64,000 nt of DNA, taken from contig PNAP01000025.1 of the NCBI GenBank assembly GCA_003169735.1, positions 179 through 64,178 on the forward strand. Direction: 5' to 3'. Origin of the DNA: Chloroflexota bacterium (GTDB taxonomy: Bacteria; Chloroflexota; Limnocylindria; Limnocylindrales; CSP1-4). Shown in pieces: positions 47,131 to 56,444 of the stretch. The notes beneath the pieces were generated by a model. It made no database searches. It was not told the origin of the DNA and saw only the letters and a program-made list of their open reading frames with translations. Positions within the stretch are counted from its first letter, which is position 1. Each line of letters begins with the position of its first letter. The position numbers and the translations under genes were made by a program.

Positions 47131-47478
47131 ATGACCATCAAATGGGTCAAGAGCGACCCGCTCGTCATGAACGGGGAGCCGTTCTGCTACAACACGCGGC
47201 TGACCGTCCGCAACCTGCTCGAGATGCGCGCCAACGGGCTGACGCCCTCGCAGATGCTCGCCCAGAGCCCAGAGCTGCGGCCGGTCGGTATCGCCGAGGC
47301 ATTCCGCTTCGCCGCTGAGAACCGGGAGCGCTACGCGGAGTTCTTCGCTGCCGACGGTTCGCTGGAGGGGCCTGGTTTCACGGCCGCGGGGGCGGCGCGC
47401 TTGCCCGAGCATCTGCGCTCGATGGCCGGCATCGTGGTCAGCGTGGGCGAACCGGACCCGGCCGGCGCCATCGGCTGA
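47131..47478 (+). CDS. DUF433 domain protein
   Basis: SDPLVMNGEP...TRLTV..LL...ANG.T...L...PEL. Confidence 0.75.
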   Translation: MTIKWVKSDPLVMNGEPFCYNTRLTVRNLLEMRANGLTPSQMLAQSPELRPVGIAEAFRFAAENRERYAEFFAADGSLEGPGFTAAGAARLPEHLRSMAGIVVSVGEPDPAGAIG

Positions 47479-47479
47479 G

Positions 47480-47725
47480 GCAGGGAGTGGCGTGTCCGCG
47501 GACGCGTCCCGGCGAGTGGTCCTCGGCGGAGTGGGAGCCGAACGATCGGCCCGGCCGCACGCCGCATTCCCGTCAGACAGTCCTCGGCAGAGTGCAAAGC
47601 GAGTGCTCGTCCGATTCGATGGCATCCACTCGCCGAATCGACCGCCGCCGGAGCGTGGGTCCCGCGACTCTGCCCGGTTTCGACACCGGCGCGGCGGCGG
47701 CGACCCGCTTATCACTCTCTCCAGT
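47480..47725. ncRNA. Putative structured non-coding RNA (unassigned family; minus strand weakly favoured)
   Basis: Several 7-11 bp helices, nested and crossing, in a gap with no credible ORF; see findings. Confidence 0.5.
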
Positions 47726-47780
47726 CATGGATGACGGGAGCGCAACCGGGGAGGGAGGGTTCTCGCGCCCGTGTCCGGCG

Positions 47781-47820
47781 GCGCGGGCTCGTGACCAGCT
47801 GCGCGCGCTCGTGACCAGAT
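47781..47820. repeat. 20-bp tandem direct repeat (possible transcription-factor sites)
   Basis: GCGCGGGCTCGTGACCAGCT / GCGCGCGCTCGTGACCAGAT. Confidence 0.75.
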
Positions 47821-48100
47821 TCAAACGCAGGTAGCGTTCGGCGGCGCGGAGCGGTCGGAACACCGCGGATCAGCGTCCGAGATCGGGTGCGAACGAGCGA
47901 CGACGCCCAACTCCACGCTCACAGCAGTACCCCGATGCCGCCTCGGCGCCCGGTCTCGGGGCGGCATGCGGCCGACTGCCACCCGGGTTTGCGTCTGGAC
48001 CGAAACGGTCGTTGGTGCACGCGTGGCGGCGTGGCGCTGAGCGGGTCAGTCTGCAGCCGGGTGCTAGGATGCCCCGACGCAGCTCCCTGAGGAACCCTGG

Positions 48101-48442
48101 ATGACCGACACCATCACGACCGAGACCGCGACCGCGACCGAGACCGTCAGCGTGGCCGACCCGCAGGCGCGCGCGACCGAGCTGGCCATCCTCGATGCGC
48201 TGCGCAGCGTCGTCGATCCGGAGATCGGCATGAATGTCGTCGAGCTCGCACTCATCAAGCAGATCGTGGTTGGCCCGGAAACCACCGAGATCCGGATGAT
48301 CCTGACGACGCCGTTCTGCCCCTACGCGGGATCGATGATCGCGCAGGTCAAGGAGGCGACCGAAGAAGTGGTCGGGCACGAGGTCAAGGTGACCCTCCTG
48401 GCCGAGCGATGGGACCCGCGCGAAGCGGGCCTCGTCTGGTAG
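48101..48442 (+). CDS. DUF59 / Fe-S assembly (SufT/PaaD-like) protein
   Basis: LRSVVDPEIGMNVVEL, LTTPFCP. Confidence 0.9.
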   Translation: MTDTITTETATATETVSVADPQARATELAILDALRSVVDPEIGMNVVELALIKQIVVGPETTEIRMILTTPFCPYAGSMIAQVKEATEEVVGHEVKVTLLAERWDPREAGLVW

Positions 48443-48449
48443 TCGACTC

Positions 48450-49235
48450 GTAGCAGGCACCCCCCGCACGAGCCGCGCCACCGGCGCGAAGCGCGCCCCC
48501 GGCGCGAAGCGCGCCCCCGGCGCGAAGCGCGCCCCCGGCGCGAAGCGCGCCACTCGTCCCGCCATCGCCACGAGCGTCGTCGCGACGGGGCGCGGCGACG
48601 ACGGCACGACCGGGCTGCTCTTCGGCGGCCGCGTCGAGAAGGATGACCCGCGGACCGAGGCCTACGGCACGATCGATGAAGCGGTCGCGGCGCTTGGATT
48701 GGGGAGGGCGGAGATCGGCGAGCTTGCCCTGGCCGGCCGGTCGTCGGACGAGCTGCGGCGCCTCGACGCGATCCTGGTGATCCTCCAGCGTGGCCTCTTC
48801 GTCGCCGGCAGCGAGTTGGCCGCGAATCCCGAGGCATGGGATCGGCTCGAGGACCGCGTGACCCGCGTCGACGAAACGATGCTCCAGGAGCTCGAGACCG
48901 CGCTCGCCGAGTACGAGTCACGCATCACCATGCCGAGGGAGTTCGTGGTTCCCGGCGCTTCGCGCCTCTCCGCTGCGCTGGAACTTGCCCGCACGATCCT
49001 GCGCCGCGCCGAACGCCGCGCGGTGACCCTCCGGCGAGACGGCCGCGTCCCCGGGGAGTGGCTCCTGCCCTATCTCAATCGCCAGGCCGACCTCGTGTGG
49101 GTCCTCGCCCGCGCCGCCGAACAGGCCGAGGAACGCGTTACCGTATTCGCCCGCGAGGGCCGCGCCCGGCCACTCCGCCGATCCGCCGCGAACGCGGGTG
49201 ACCCCAGCAAGGAGCGACTGGACGAGCATCGCTAG
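48450..49235 (+). CDS. PduO-type ATP:cob(I)alamin adenosyltransferase (start codon unresolved)
   Basis: TGRGDDGTT, K.DPR.EAYGTIDE, FVVPG, ARTILRRAER, YLNR.AD. Confidence 0.82.
   Translation, partial: VAGTPRTSRATGAKRAPGAKRAPGAKRAPGAKRATRPAIATSVVATGRGDDGTTGLLFGGRVEKDDPRTEAYGTIDEAVAALGLGRAEIGELALAGRSSDELRRLDAILVILQRGLFVAGSELAANPEAWDRLEDRVTRVDETMLQELETALAEYESRITMPREFVVPGASRLSAALELARTILRRAERRAVTLRRDGRVPGEWLLPYLNRQADLVWVLARAAEQAEERVTVFAREGRARPLRRSAANAGDPSKERLDEHR
48481..48551. repeat. 18-bp tandem repeat x4 (CCGGCGCGAAGCGCGCCC), in frame with PduO (GAKRAP)
   Basis: Directly visible; each unit is a GGCGCG-AAG-CGCGCC hairpin. Confidence 0.92.
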
Positions 49236-49320
49236 ACTCTTGCGGTCGGGCCGGACGCGGGCGCCCGATACCGGGAGAGATTCACCCCTACGCCCGATCA
49301 AAGAAAAGGAACCAACCACC

Positions 49321-50127
49321 GTGTTCGATCGAGATCGCAACCAGCCCGACCGCTACCAGGGCCCCAAGCCGGCCGGACAGCCAGTCGGTGGCGCGCCGAC
49401 CCAGGGCGGCATCACCGGCGGGGTCGTCATCAACGGCCAGCGCGTCGGCATCAACCAGCGCGAAGGCCTCCTGACGATGAGCTTCGTCTGGATGTTCGCG
49501 GCGCTGCTCCTGAGCGCCTTTGCCGCCTACTTCGTCTATTCGAACCCGAGCATCCAGACCTTCGTGGTCAAGTGGTACTTCGCGCTCATCATCGGTGAGC
49601 TCGGTCTCGTGCTGGCCATCAGCTTCGGCATCAACAAGATCGGCGCGCTGCCGGCGCTGGCGCTCCTGTTCGTCTACGCCCTGCTCACCGGGCTCACCAT
49701 CGGTGCCCTCGTCCAGGCCTACGTCGGCAAGGGCGATCCCACGGCCATGGCCGCGGTCGCATCGTCGTTCGTCGGTGCCTCAGCGGTCTTCGGTGGAGCG
49801 GCGCTCTACGGCTTCGCCACCAAACGAGATCTGACCGGCATCGGCGGCATCCTCTTCATGGGCCTCATCGGGCTCATCGCGATGTCGTTCGTGCAGGTCT
49901 TCTTCTTTTCCGGGAACAGCACGTTCAACCTGGTCATCGGCGCCGTCGGCGTGCTGATCTTCACCGGCCTGACTGCCTACCACGTCCAGGCCCTCAAGAA
50001 CGGCAAATTGAGCCGGGTCCAGAACGCCCAGTCGGCCTCGGTCGTCGGGGCGCTCGTGCTCTACCTCGACTTCATCAACCTGTTCCTGATGATGCTGCGC
50101 ATCTTCGGCGGAGGCGGGCGCAGCTGA
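49321..50127 (+). CDS. Bax inhibitor-1/YccA family membrane protein
   Basis: YGFATKRDL, GVLIFTGLTAY, GALVLYLDFINLF; AAAGGA RBS before GTG. Confidence 0.9.
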   Translation: MFDRDRNQPDRYQGPKPAGQPVGGAPTQGGITGGVVINGQRVGINQREGLLTMSFVWMFAALLLSAFAAYFVYSNPSIQTFVVKWYFALIIGELGLVLAISFGINKIGALPALALLFVYALLTGLTIGALVQAYVGKGDPTAMAAVASSFVGASAVFGGAALYGFATKRDLTGIGGILFMGLIGLIAMSFVQVFFFSGNSTFNLVIGAVGVLIFTGLTAYHVQALKNGKLSRVQNAQSASVVGALVLYLDFINLFLMMLRIFGGGGRS

Positions 50128-50149
50128 CGCCGGGGCCCCGCTGCGCTCG

Positions 50150-51031
50150 ATGACCGATCAGCGGGTCGGCTTCTGCGGGCTTGGCACGATGGGCGCCGCG
50201 ATGGCGGCCAATCTCCGACGCAGCGGCTTCTCGCTGACCGTCTGGAATCGGACGCCCGGCCGCGCCGCTGACCTCGTGGCGGCTGGCGCGAGCGAGGCCG
50301 CGACGCCGGGAGCCGCTGCCGCGGCATCTGATGTCGTGGTCGTCTGCGTCTCGGACACGCCCGATGTCGAGGCCGTGCTGTTCGGGCCCGACGGGGTCAC
50401 GGTCGGTGCCGCGGCGGGGACGCTGATCATCGACTGCTCGACCATCAGCCCGTCGGCGACGCGCGACTACGCGGCGCGTCTCGCGACGGGTGGCGTGGCG
50501 ATGATCGATGCGCCCGTCTCCGGCGGGTCGGAGGGCGCGGTCAAGGCGACCCTCTCCATCATGGTCGGCGGCGACGCCGACGATGTCGAACGCGCGCGGC
50601 CGATCCTGTCGGCGATGGGCACGTCCGTCACGCACATGGGACCGATCGGGTCGGGGCAGGCGACCAAGGCGGTCAACCAGGTCATCCTGTGCGGCGCCTA
50701 CCTCGGGGTCGCCGAGGGTCTCGTCCTGGCGATGCGAGCCGGCCTCGACCCGGAACGGGTGGTCGCCGCGCTGAGCGGAGGCGCGGCCCAGTCCTGGGTC
50801 CTCGCCAATCGCAGCGGACGGATGATCGCCGACGAGTACCCGCTCGGGTTCAAACTCGCGCTCCACTTGAAGGACGTTCACATCGCCCTCGGCATGGCCG
50901 AGGACCTCGACCTGGCGTTGCCCGTCACGGCGCTCGCGGCTCGCTTCGAGGAGCAGCTCATGGCCGAGGGGCACGGCGACGAGGACGTCTCGAGCCTGGC
51001 GCGCGCCATCCGCTCCGGCATCGAGGGATGA
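50150..51031 (+). CDS. Beta-hydroxyacid dehydrogenase (GarR/GlxR/MmsB family)
   Basis: GLGTMG, WNRT, DAPVSGG, KAVNQ, KD. Confidence 0.9.
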   Translation: MTDQRVGFCGLGTMGAAMAANLRRSGFSLTVWNRTPGRAADLVAAGASEAATPGAAAAASDVVVVCVSDTPDVEAVLFGPDGVTVGAAAGTLIIDCSTISPSATRDYAARLATGGVAMIDAPVSGGSEGAVKATLSIMVGGDADDVERARPILSAMGTSVTHMGPIGSGQATKAVNQVILCGAYLGVAEGLVLAMRAGLDPERVVAALSGGAAQSWVLANRSGRMIADEYPLGFKLALHLKDVHIALGMAEDLDLALPVTALAARFEEQLMAEGHGDEDVSSLARAIRSGIEG

Positions 51032-51498
51032 GGCGGCGGCCGGCGAACGCGCTCCTCTCGCTCGCCCTCGCCGCGGTCGCCATGCTCGCCTTCGTCTCCT
51101 GCGACGACATCACCGGCCCGCCCGATGCATCGACCCCGACGCCGATCGATTCGGGCATCCGGGGCCTGGTCCAGCTTTCCCCGACATGCCCCGGGCCGAC
51201 GCTCGCCGACCCCTGTACATCTCCGCTGGCGAAGCAACTCGTCATCGTCGACGCAAGCGGCAAGGAAGTGACGCGTGTCACGTCCGCCGTCGATGGCACC
51301 TTCCAGGTGACCCTGCCGCCCGGTGAATACACGGTCAATCCCGCGCCGAACGATCCACTCCCCATCGCGCCGCCGCAATCGGTGTCGGTCGTGGCCGGGA
51401 CGTATACCGACGTGCAGATCGACTACGACTCGGGTATCCGGATCCCCGATACGCCGCTGCCGACCGACTTCCCCGGCCCGTCGCCGTCGAGCTCGTAG
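51028..51498 (+). CDS. Lipoprotein with prealbumin/carboxypeptidase-regulatory-like domain
   Basis: Signal ending FVSC; SGIRG, PTCP, DGTFQVTLPPGEY, YDSGIR. Confidence 0.75.
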   Translation: MRRRPANALLSLALAAVAMLAFVSCDDITGPPDASTPTPIDSGIRGLVQLSPTCPGPTLADPCTSPLAKQLVIVDASGKEVTRVTSAVDGTFQVTLPPGEYTVNPAPNDPLPIAPPQSVSVVAGTYTDVQIDYDSGIRIPDTPLPTDFPGPSPSSS

Positions 51499-51527
51499 CT
51501 CGCCTCAGGCCGGGCGCGTCCGGCAGT

Positions 51528-52601
51528 TCAGTGCGTGAGCGTCACCTTCGAGAGGCCGCGCGGCGTCTCCGGATCCATGCCGCGCGCCCTTGTCAGATAC
51601 AGGCAGAAGAGCTGGCCGGGGACGATGGCCGGGATGGGTGAGAGCCATTCCGGGAGTCGCGGCGGGAATGGCAATCGGAGGACCGGCGGCGCGGCGAGGC
51701 GCGGCTCCGGTCCGGTCGCTCCGCCATCGGGTCCGGGTTCGTCGCTCACCAGCAGGACGCGCGCCCGTCGCTCGGTGCGCAGCCGCGCGACCAGCTCCGA
51801 GATCTCGTCGGCGAGCGGCCCGCGAGCGCGGACGGCCAGGACGCAGCCGCCATCGTCGAGGCTGGCCACCGGTCCGTGCAGGTAATCGGCCGATGAATAC
51901 GCCTGGGCGCCGATCCCGGCCAGTTCCTTGAGCTTGAGTGCCCACTCGAGTGACGTGGCCAGGTTGTAGCCGCGGCCGAGGACGACGCAGCGATCCATGT
52001 CGGCGAGGTACCCGGCGGCATCCTCGGCTGACGCGTCGGCCGTCAGCGCGTCCGTGATGACCGCGGGGATCGTCTCGAGCTCGCGGCGAGCCGCGTCGGG
52101 ATCGGCCGATAGCGCAGCGGCCAGCATGGCGATGGCCGTCAGCTCCGCCGTGTAGGTCTTGGTCGCGGCCACCGCACGTTCGGCACCAGCGGCGAGATCC
52201 AGCACCTGGCCGGCCGCTGACGCGAGGGGAGAATCGGCGTCATTGGTGATGGCCAGCGTCAACGCGCCCTGCCGCTGCGCCTCTTCGATGACCTCGACCA
52301 CGTCCGGCGAGCGGCCCGACTGGCTGATGCCAAGGACCAGCGCGTTGGCCATCCGCGGTCGACCACCGTATTGCGTCACCACCGACGGCGTGGCGAGTGC
52401 GACGGGCAGGCCAGCCAGCACTCCCAGCACGTACTGTGCATAGACCGCGGCATGGTCCGAGCTGCCCCGCGCAGCGATGACCACGAACGAGAGGTCGCGC
52501 CGGCGTGCCTCGGCGGCGACGGCATCGATCACCGACCGACCGCGTTGGAGGAGACGGGCGCAGACATCCGGTTGCTCGCGGATCTCATCGATGAGCGCCA
52601 T
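51528..52601 (-). CDS. Double-SIS protein (GlmS isomerase-like / NagB-II glucosamine-6-P deaminase)
   Basis: EIREQP, ARGSSDHA, SQSGRSPD, AVAATKTY, ALKLKE, HGP, PRGLSKVT; no glutaminase domain. Confidence 0.88.
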   Translation of the reverse strand: MALIDEIREQPDVCARLLQRGRSVIDAVAAEARRRDLSFVVIAARGSSDHAAVYAQYVLGVLAGLPVALATPSVVTQYGGRPRMANALVLGISQSGRSPDVVEVIEEAQRQGALTLAITNDADSPLASAAGQVLDLAAGAERAVAATKTYTAELTAIAMLAAALSADPDAARRELETIPAVITDALTADASAEDAAGYLADMDRCVVLGRGYNLATSLEWALKLKELAGIGAQAYSSADYLHGPVASLDDGGCVLAVRARGPLADEISELVARLRTERRARVLLVSDEPGPDGGATGPEPRLAAPPVLRLPFPPRLPEWLSPIPAIVPGQLFCLYLTRARGMDPETPRGLSKVTLTH

Positions 52602-52614
52602 CGTGGGTCTCCCG

Positions 52615-54255
52615 TCAGTTGGCGAGGCGGGTCAGGCCGTGACCCCGCGGGTAGAGGTCCGCGACGGCGGCGGGTAGCCGGCCGAGCGGCGGGATGAGCC
52701 CCCACAACACGTCCGCCAGCGCGTCGAGCGTGGGCCGCAGGATGCCGTACGTGCAGAGATGCGTCTTCGACGCAGGGTAGGCTCCGAGGTCGAAGGGCGT
52801 GCGCAGGGCGACCGTGACCGTTGGCACGCCCGTCGAGAGGAGCGTCTGCACCAGCGTGGCCTGGGCCGCGTCCGCCGACGCGGAGATGGTGCCGATGAGG
52901 AGTAGGTCGAAGTCTCGCGCCTTGGCCCGGAGCGCGGCGACCTCCGCGTCGGTCGGCGGTTGGCCGGTCACGAACGACTCAACGGATCCATGGTGGCGAC
53001 GCAGGGCATCGGCGAGCGCGGCCGGCACCGTGCTCGACGTGTCCGCCGGGGTCAGGTCGCGCGGCGTCGGCATGATCGCGGCGATGCGTGACCCGGGCGG
53101 CAGCTGCAGCGGCAGGAGCCCATCCTCGTCACGGACCAGCGTGATCGAGCGCTGCGCGAGCTCGCGCGCGAGTCGGGCGTGCTCGACGCACCCGACGACC
53201 TCGAGGTCGGGCTGGGTCGCCGCCGCCAGCCGTCGGCGCAGCGCCGCCGCCCTGGCCAACGAGACGCGCACGCCCTCGCCATCGATCAGCCGGCGCCCGA
53301 CCGCGTGCCGAAGCCCAGCCTCGATGCGCTCGAGGGCTGCCGCATCGGGCGCACAGAGGAGGAGGTCGACCCCGGCGCGCAGCGCGGCGATGACGTCGAG
53401 CACCTGGCCGCCGCCCTGGGCCATGGCGTGCATGTCCAGGGCATCGGTGATGGACAGGCCGTCGAATCCCATCTCCGTACGCAACAGGTCGTGCATCACC
53501 TCGCGCGCGAGCGTGGCCGGCAGCGATGCCTCTCCGGTCAGCGCGGGCACGGCGAGGTGCGCCGACATGACGAGGTCGACGCCGGCCGCGATGGCGGCGC
53601 GGAAGGGCACGAGCTCCACCGACTCCAGGCGATCGCGGCCGTGAGCGGTCGATGCGAGCGCAAGGTGCGTGTCGAGCGCGACATCGCCGAGACCCGGGAA
53701 GTGCTTGGCCGTGGCCGCCACCCCCGCCGCGCGCAGCCCGCGGATGACCGCTGCGGCCATCGCCCCAGCCGCCGCGGGGTCATCGCCAAACGAGCGGATG
53801 CCGATGGCCGGGTTGTCCGGGTTCGTTGCCAGGTCGCACACCGGCGCGTAGGCCACGTTGACGCCGAGCGCGAGCAGCTCGCGCGCGGTCGCGGAACCCA
53901 CGCGCTCGGCGAGCGCGGTATCGCCGACCGCACCGATGGCCATGTTGCCTGCGAACGGCGTCGTGGCGCCGCCGAGCCCCTGGAGCTGGCCGCCCTCCTG
54001 GTCAGCGGCGATGAGCAACGGCAGGTGGGCTGCGGCACCTCCTGCCGCGGCATCTCGCGCCGCAGCCGCCCGCTGGAGCTGATCGGTCAGGCCGCGCACC
54101 TCGCTCGGCGTGCCGATATTGACGTAGCGGAAGAGCGTCACCCCGGCGGCCGGCGCCGCTGTGAGCCTTCGTTGCATGCCGGCCGGCAGCTCCCGGCCCT
54201 CGAACGCCAGGACGAGGAGGCCGAGGACCTCATCGCCCTGGCTCGCGGAGTTCAT
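52615..54255 (-). CDS. GH3 beta-N-acetylhexosaminidase (NagZ-like)
   Basis: DQEGG, RSFG, KHFPGLGD...DTH, TDALDM. Confidence 0.88.
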   Translation of the reverse strand: MNSASQGDEVLGLLVLAFEGRELPAGMQRRLTAAPAAGVTLFRYVNIGTPSEVRGLTDQLQRAAAARDAAAGGAAAHLPLLIAADQEGGQLQGLGGATTPFAGNMAIGAVGDTALAERVGSATARELLALGVNVAYAPVCDLATNPDNPAIGIRSFGDDPAAAGAMAAAVIRGLRAAGVAATAKHFPGLGDVALDTHLALASTAHGRDRLESVELVPFRAAIAAGVDLVMSAHLAVPALTGEASLPATLAREVMHDLLRTEMGFDGLSITDALDMHAMAQGGGQVLDVIAALRAGVDLLLCAPDAAALERIEAGLRHAVGRRLIDGEGVRVSLARAAALRRRLAAATQPDLEVVGCVEHARLARELAQRSITLVRDEDGLLPLQLPPGSRIAAIMPTPRDLTPADTSSTVPAALADALRRHHGSVESFVTGQPPTDAEVAALRAKARDFDLLLIGTISASADAAQATLVQTLLSTGVPTVTVALRTPFDLGAYPASKTHLCTYGILRPTLDALADVLWGLIPPLGRLPAAVADLYPRGHGLTRLAN

Positions 54256-54256
54256 G

Positions 54257-55156
54257 TCACGACTTGACGGAGCCCGCCAGAAGCCCCCGGATGAATGACC
54301 GCTGGAGGATCAGGAACACCACCATCGGCACGAGCATCGTCACGAAAGCGCCGGCGGTCAGGATGTGCCATTGCTCTTGATGACTTCCGACGAGAAGGCT
54401 GAGCGCCGTTGGCATGACCACGACGCTCGAGTTGATGCCCAGGAAGACGAGCGCGACCAGCAGGTCATTCCAGACCCAGAGGAACTGGAAGATCGCGAAT
54501 GCGCCGAGCGCCGGGACGGACAAGGGCAGCACGATCCTGGTGAACACCTGGAAGTGCGACGCTCCATCGATAGCGGCTGACTCGAAGAGGTCCTTGGGCA
54601 GCTGCGAGATGAAGTTGTAGAGCAGGAAGATCGCCAGCGGGAGCCCGAACGCCGTATGCGCCAACCAGATACCCAGGAACGTGCCCTGCAAGTGGAGCTG
54701 GGAGTACACCTGGAGGATGGGGATGAGCGACATCTGGATGGGCACCACCAGCAGTCCCACCACGATGGTGAACAGGATGCCCCGTCCCGGGAAGCGGATC
54801 CAGGCGAACGCGTAGGCAGCGAACGCGGCCATCGTGATCGGGATGACCGTCGATGGGATGGTCACGATCAGGCTGTTCAGAAAGGCGTTGCCCATGCCGT
54901 CGCTGTTGATGACCTGGGAGTAGTTGTTCAGCGTCCACTGGCTCAGATTGAATGGGTTCAGGAGCGCGCTCCACCAGCCGGTCACCGTGATGTCCTGGCC
55001 GGGTCGCACGGAGCTGACCAGCAGGCCGAGGGTCGGGATGAACCAGATGACGCAGATCCCGATGACCGCGAATCGCAACGGCGCCCGATTGAGCCAGGCC
55101 GGTCGCCAAGGGCCACGGGGTGCCATCGTTCGGACGGTCTGGGCTGGCGCGGTCAT
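54257..55156 (-). CDS. Carbohydrate ABC transporter permease (MalG/AglG-like)
   Basis: ESAAIDGA EAA loop; FQFLWVWNDLL. Confidence 0.93.
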   Translation of the reverse strand: MTAPAQTVRTMAPRGPWRPAWLNRAPLRFAVIGICVIWFIPTLGLLVSSVRPGQDITVTGWWSALLNPFNLSQWTLNNYSQVINSDGMGNAFLNSLIVTIPSTVIPITMAAFAAYAFAWIRFPGRGILFTIVVGLLVVPIQMSLIPILQVYSQLHLQGTFLGIWLAHTAFGLPLAIFLLYNFISQLPKDLFESAAIDGASHFQVFTRIVLPLSVPALGAFAIFQFLWVWNDLLVALVFLGINSSVVVMPTALSLLVGSHQEQWHILTAGAFVTMLVPMVVFLILQRSFIRGLLAGSVKS

Positions 55157-56349
55157 GCTCCGACTCCCTGGTGGCGAAGGTTGCGAAGGTTGATGTACAT
55201 CACCGGTAACACGGCGATGAGCAGGATCACGGCGAGGGCGGCGCCGATTCCCGGCTGGTTGAACTGGAACACCTCGTCATACATCCGGTTGGCGATGACG
55301 TCCGTGCCCGACCGACCGCCGGTCATGACATAGACGATGTCGAAGATCTTGAGGACGGCGATGGCGACGGTGGTCGCGACGGTGATGATCGAGCCCTTGA
55401 TCATCGGCACGATGACCCGGAAGAAGAGCTGGCGTTCATTCGCGCCGTCCAGGCGCGCGGCCTCCACGACCTCGGTCGAGACGCCCTTGATGGCCGCCGA
55501 GAGGATGACCATCGAGAAACCGGTCTGGAGCCAGACCATGATGACGATCAACAGGTACGTGTTGATCGGCTGCGTGTGCACCCAATCGAGTGGTTGGCCG
55601 CCGGCCGCGGTGTAGATGGCGTTGAACAGGCCGTACTGCGGCGCACCCGGCGGCCGATAGGCGTAGACGAACTGCCAGATCACCGACGCACCGACCAGCG
55701 AGATCGCCAGCGGCAGGAAGATGAACGTCTTGGCCAGGGCCTCGCGCTTGACCCGATCGACCAGGCCGGCGATCAACAGACCGAGGCCGACGCTGCCGGA
55801 CGTGGCGACGACCAGCCAGATGACGTTGTTCAAGATGACGTGGGGGAAGTCCTGCGTCCCGAGCGTTGCGTAGTTGGCCAGCGGGTTGGCGAGGGCCGCC
55901 CCGTTGTTCCCGTGGGTGAAGCTCTGGTAGATCGTGGCGATGGTCGGATAGACGAGGTAGATGCCCAGCAGCGTGATGGCTGGCAGCACGAACACCCACG
56001 GGATGATCCGCTGCTGCTTGCGCAGGCTGAGCAGCCCGACGACCGCGCTGACGCCGGTGTACAGGAGCCAGACGCCGCCGACGCCGACGAGGAGCGCCAT
56101 GGCGGCCAGGACGAGCTTGGCCACGAACTGATCGCCGCCGCCATTGCGCAGGGCGGTCGCGCCCGCGTTGTTACCGAGAAGCTGGTAGATCCCCGCCAGG
56201 AGGTTCTCGGCGCCATTCTTGTCGTACAGGAAGGCCGTTCCGAAGACGACGATCGCCAGCCCGATGACCGCGCCGATCGGGAGCAGGAAGCGACGGAGAG
56301 TGTCGTCCCGCGCAGCGTCCCGATCCTTGTCCCTGACCCCGCCAGTCAT
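55153..56349 (-). CDS. Carbohydrate ABC transporter permease (MalF/AglF-like)
   Basis: FLPLAIS, WLQTGFSMV, EAARLDGA, LKIFDIV. Confidence 0.93.
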   Translation of the reverse strand: MTGGVRDKDRDAARDDTLRRFLLPIGAVIGLAIVVFGTAFLYDKNGAENLLAGIYQLLGNNAGATALRNGGGDQFVAKLVLAAMALLVGVGGVWLLYTGVSAVVGLLSLRKQQRIIPWVFVLPAITLLGIYLVYPTIATIYQSFTHGNNGAALANPLANYATLGTQDFPHVILNNVIWLVVATSGSVGLGLLIAGLVDRVKREALAKTFIFLPLAISLVGASVIWQFVYAYRPPGAPQYGLFNAIYTAAGGQPLDWVHTQPINTYLLIVIMVWLQTGFSMVILSAAIKGVSTEVVEAARLDGANERQLFFRVIVPMIKGSIITVATTVAIAVLKIFDIVYVMTGGRSGTDVIANRMYDEVFQFNQPGIGAALAVILLIAVLPVMYINLRNLRHQGVGA

Positions 56350-56385
56350 GAACTCCCTCCTCTGAACGGCCTCTTGGAGATAGTA

Positions 56386-56419
56386 CAGGGGCGCGCTACT
56401 CGCTGGCAGCGCGCCCCTG
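56386..56419. terminator. Intra-operon stem-loop after the binding-protein gene
   Basis: CAGGGGCGCGCT...AGCGCGCCCCTG perfect 12-bp stem. Confidence 0.6.
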
Positions 56420-56444
56420 CAGTATTCAGGCCTTCAAACGACCG

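Noticed and set aside
47480..47725. Assignment to tmRNA, RNase P, glmS ribozyme, HDV-like ribozyme, or c-di-GMP-I, ydaO, lysine or cobalamin riboswitches
   Set aside because: Only short words match (CGGTTTCGAC, GGGACCCA, GGATGCC, TCCTCG); the order and flanking helices those families require are missing
47487..47863. ORFs 47487-47834 (+) and 47573-47863 (-) as genes
   Set aside because: No recognisable motifs, R/P/S-rich composition and no clear RBS
43959..48551. 18-bp tandem repeats as CRISPR arrays
   Set aside because: Units are contiguous with no spacers, too short, and no cas genes are present
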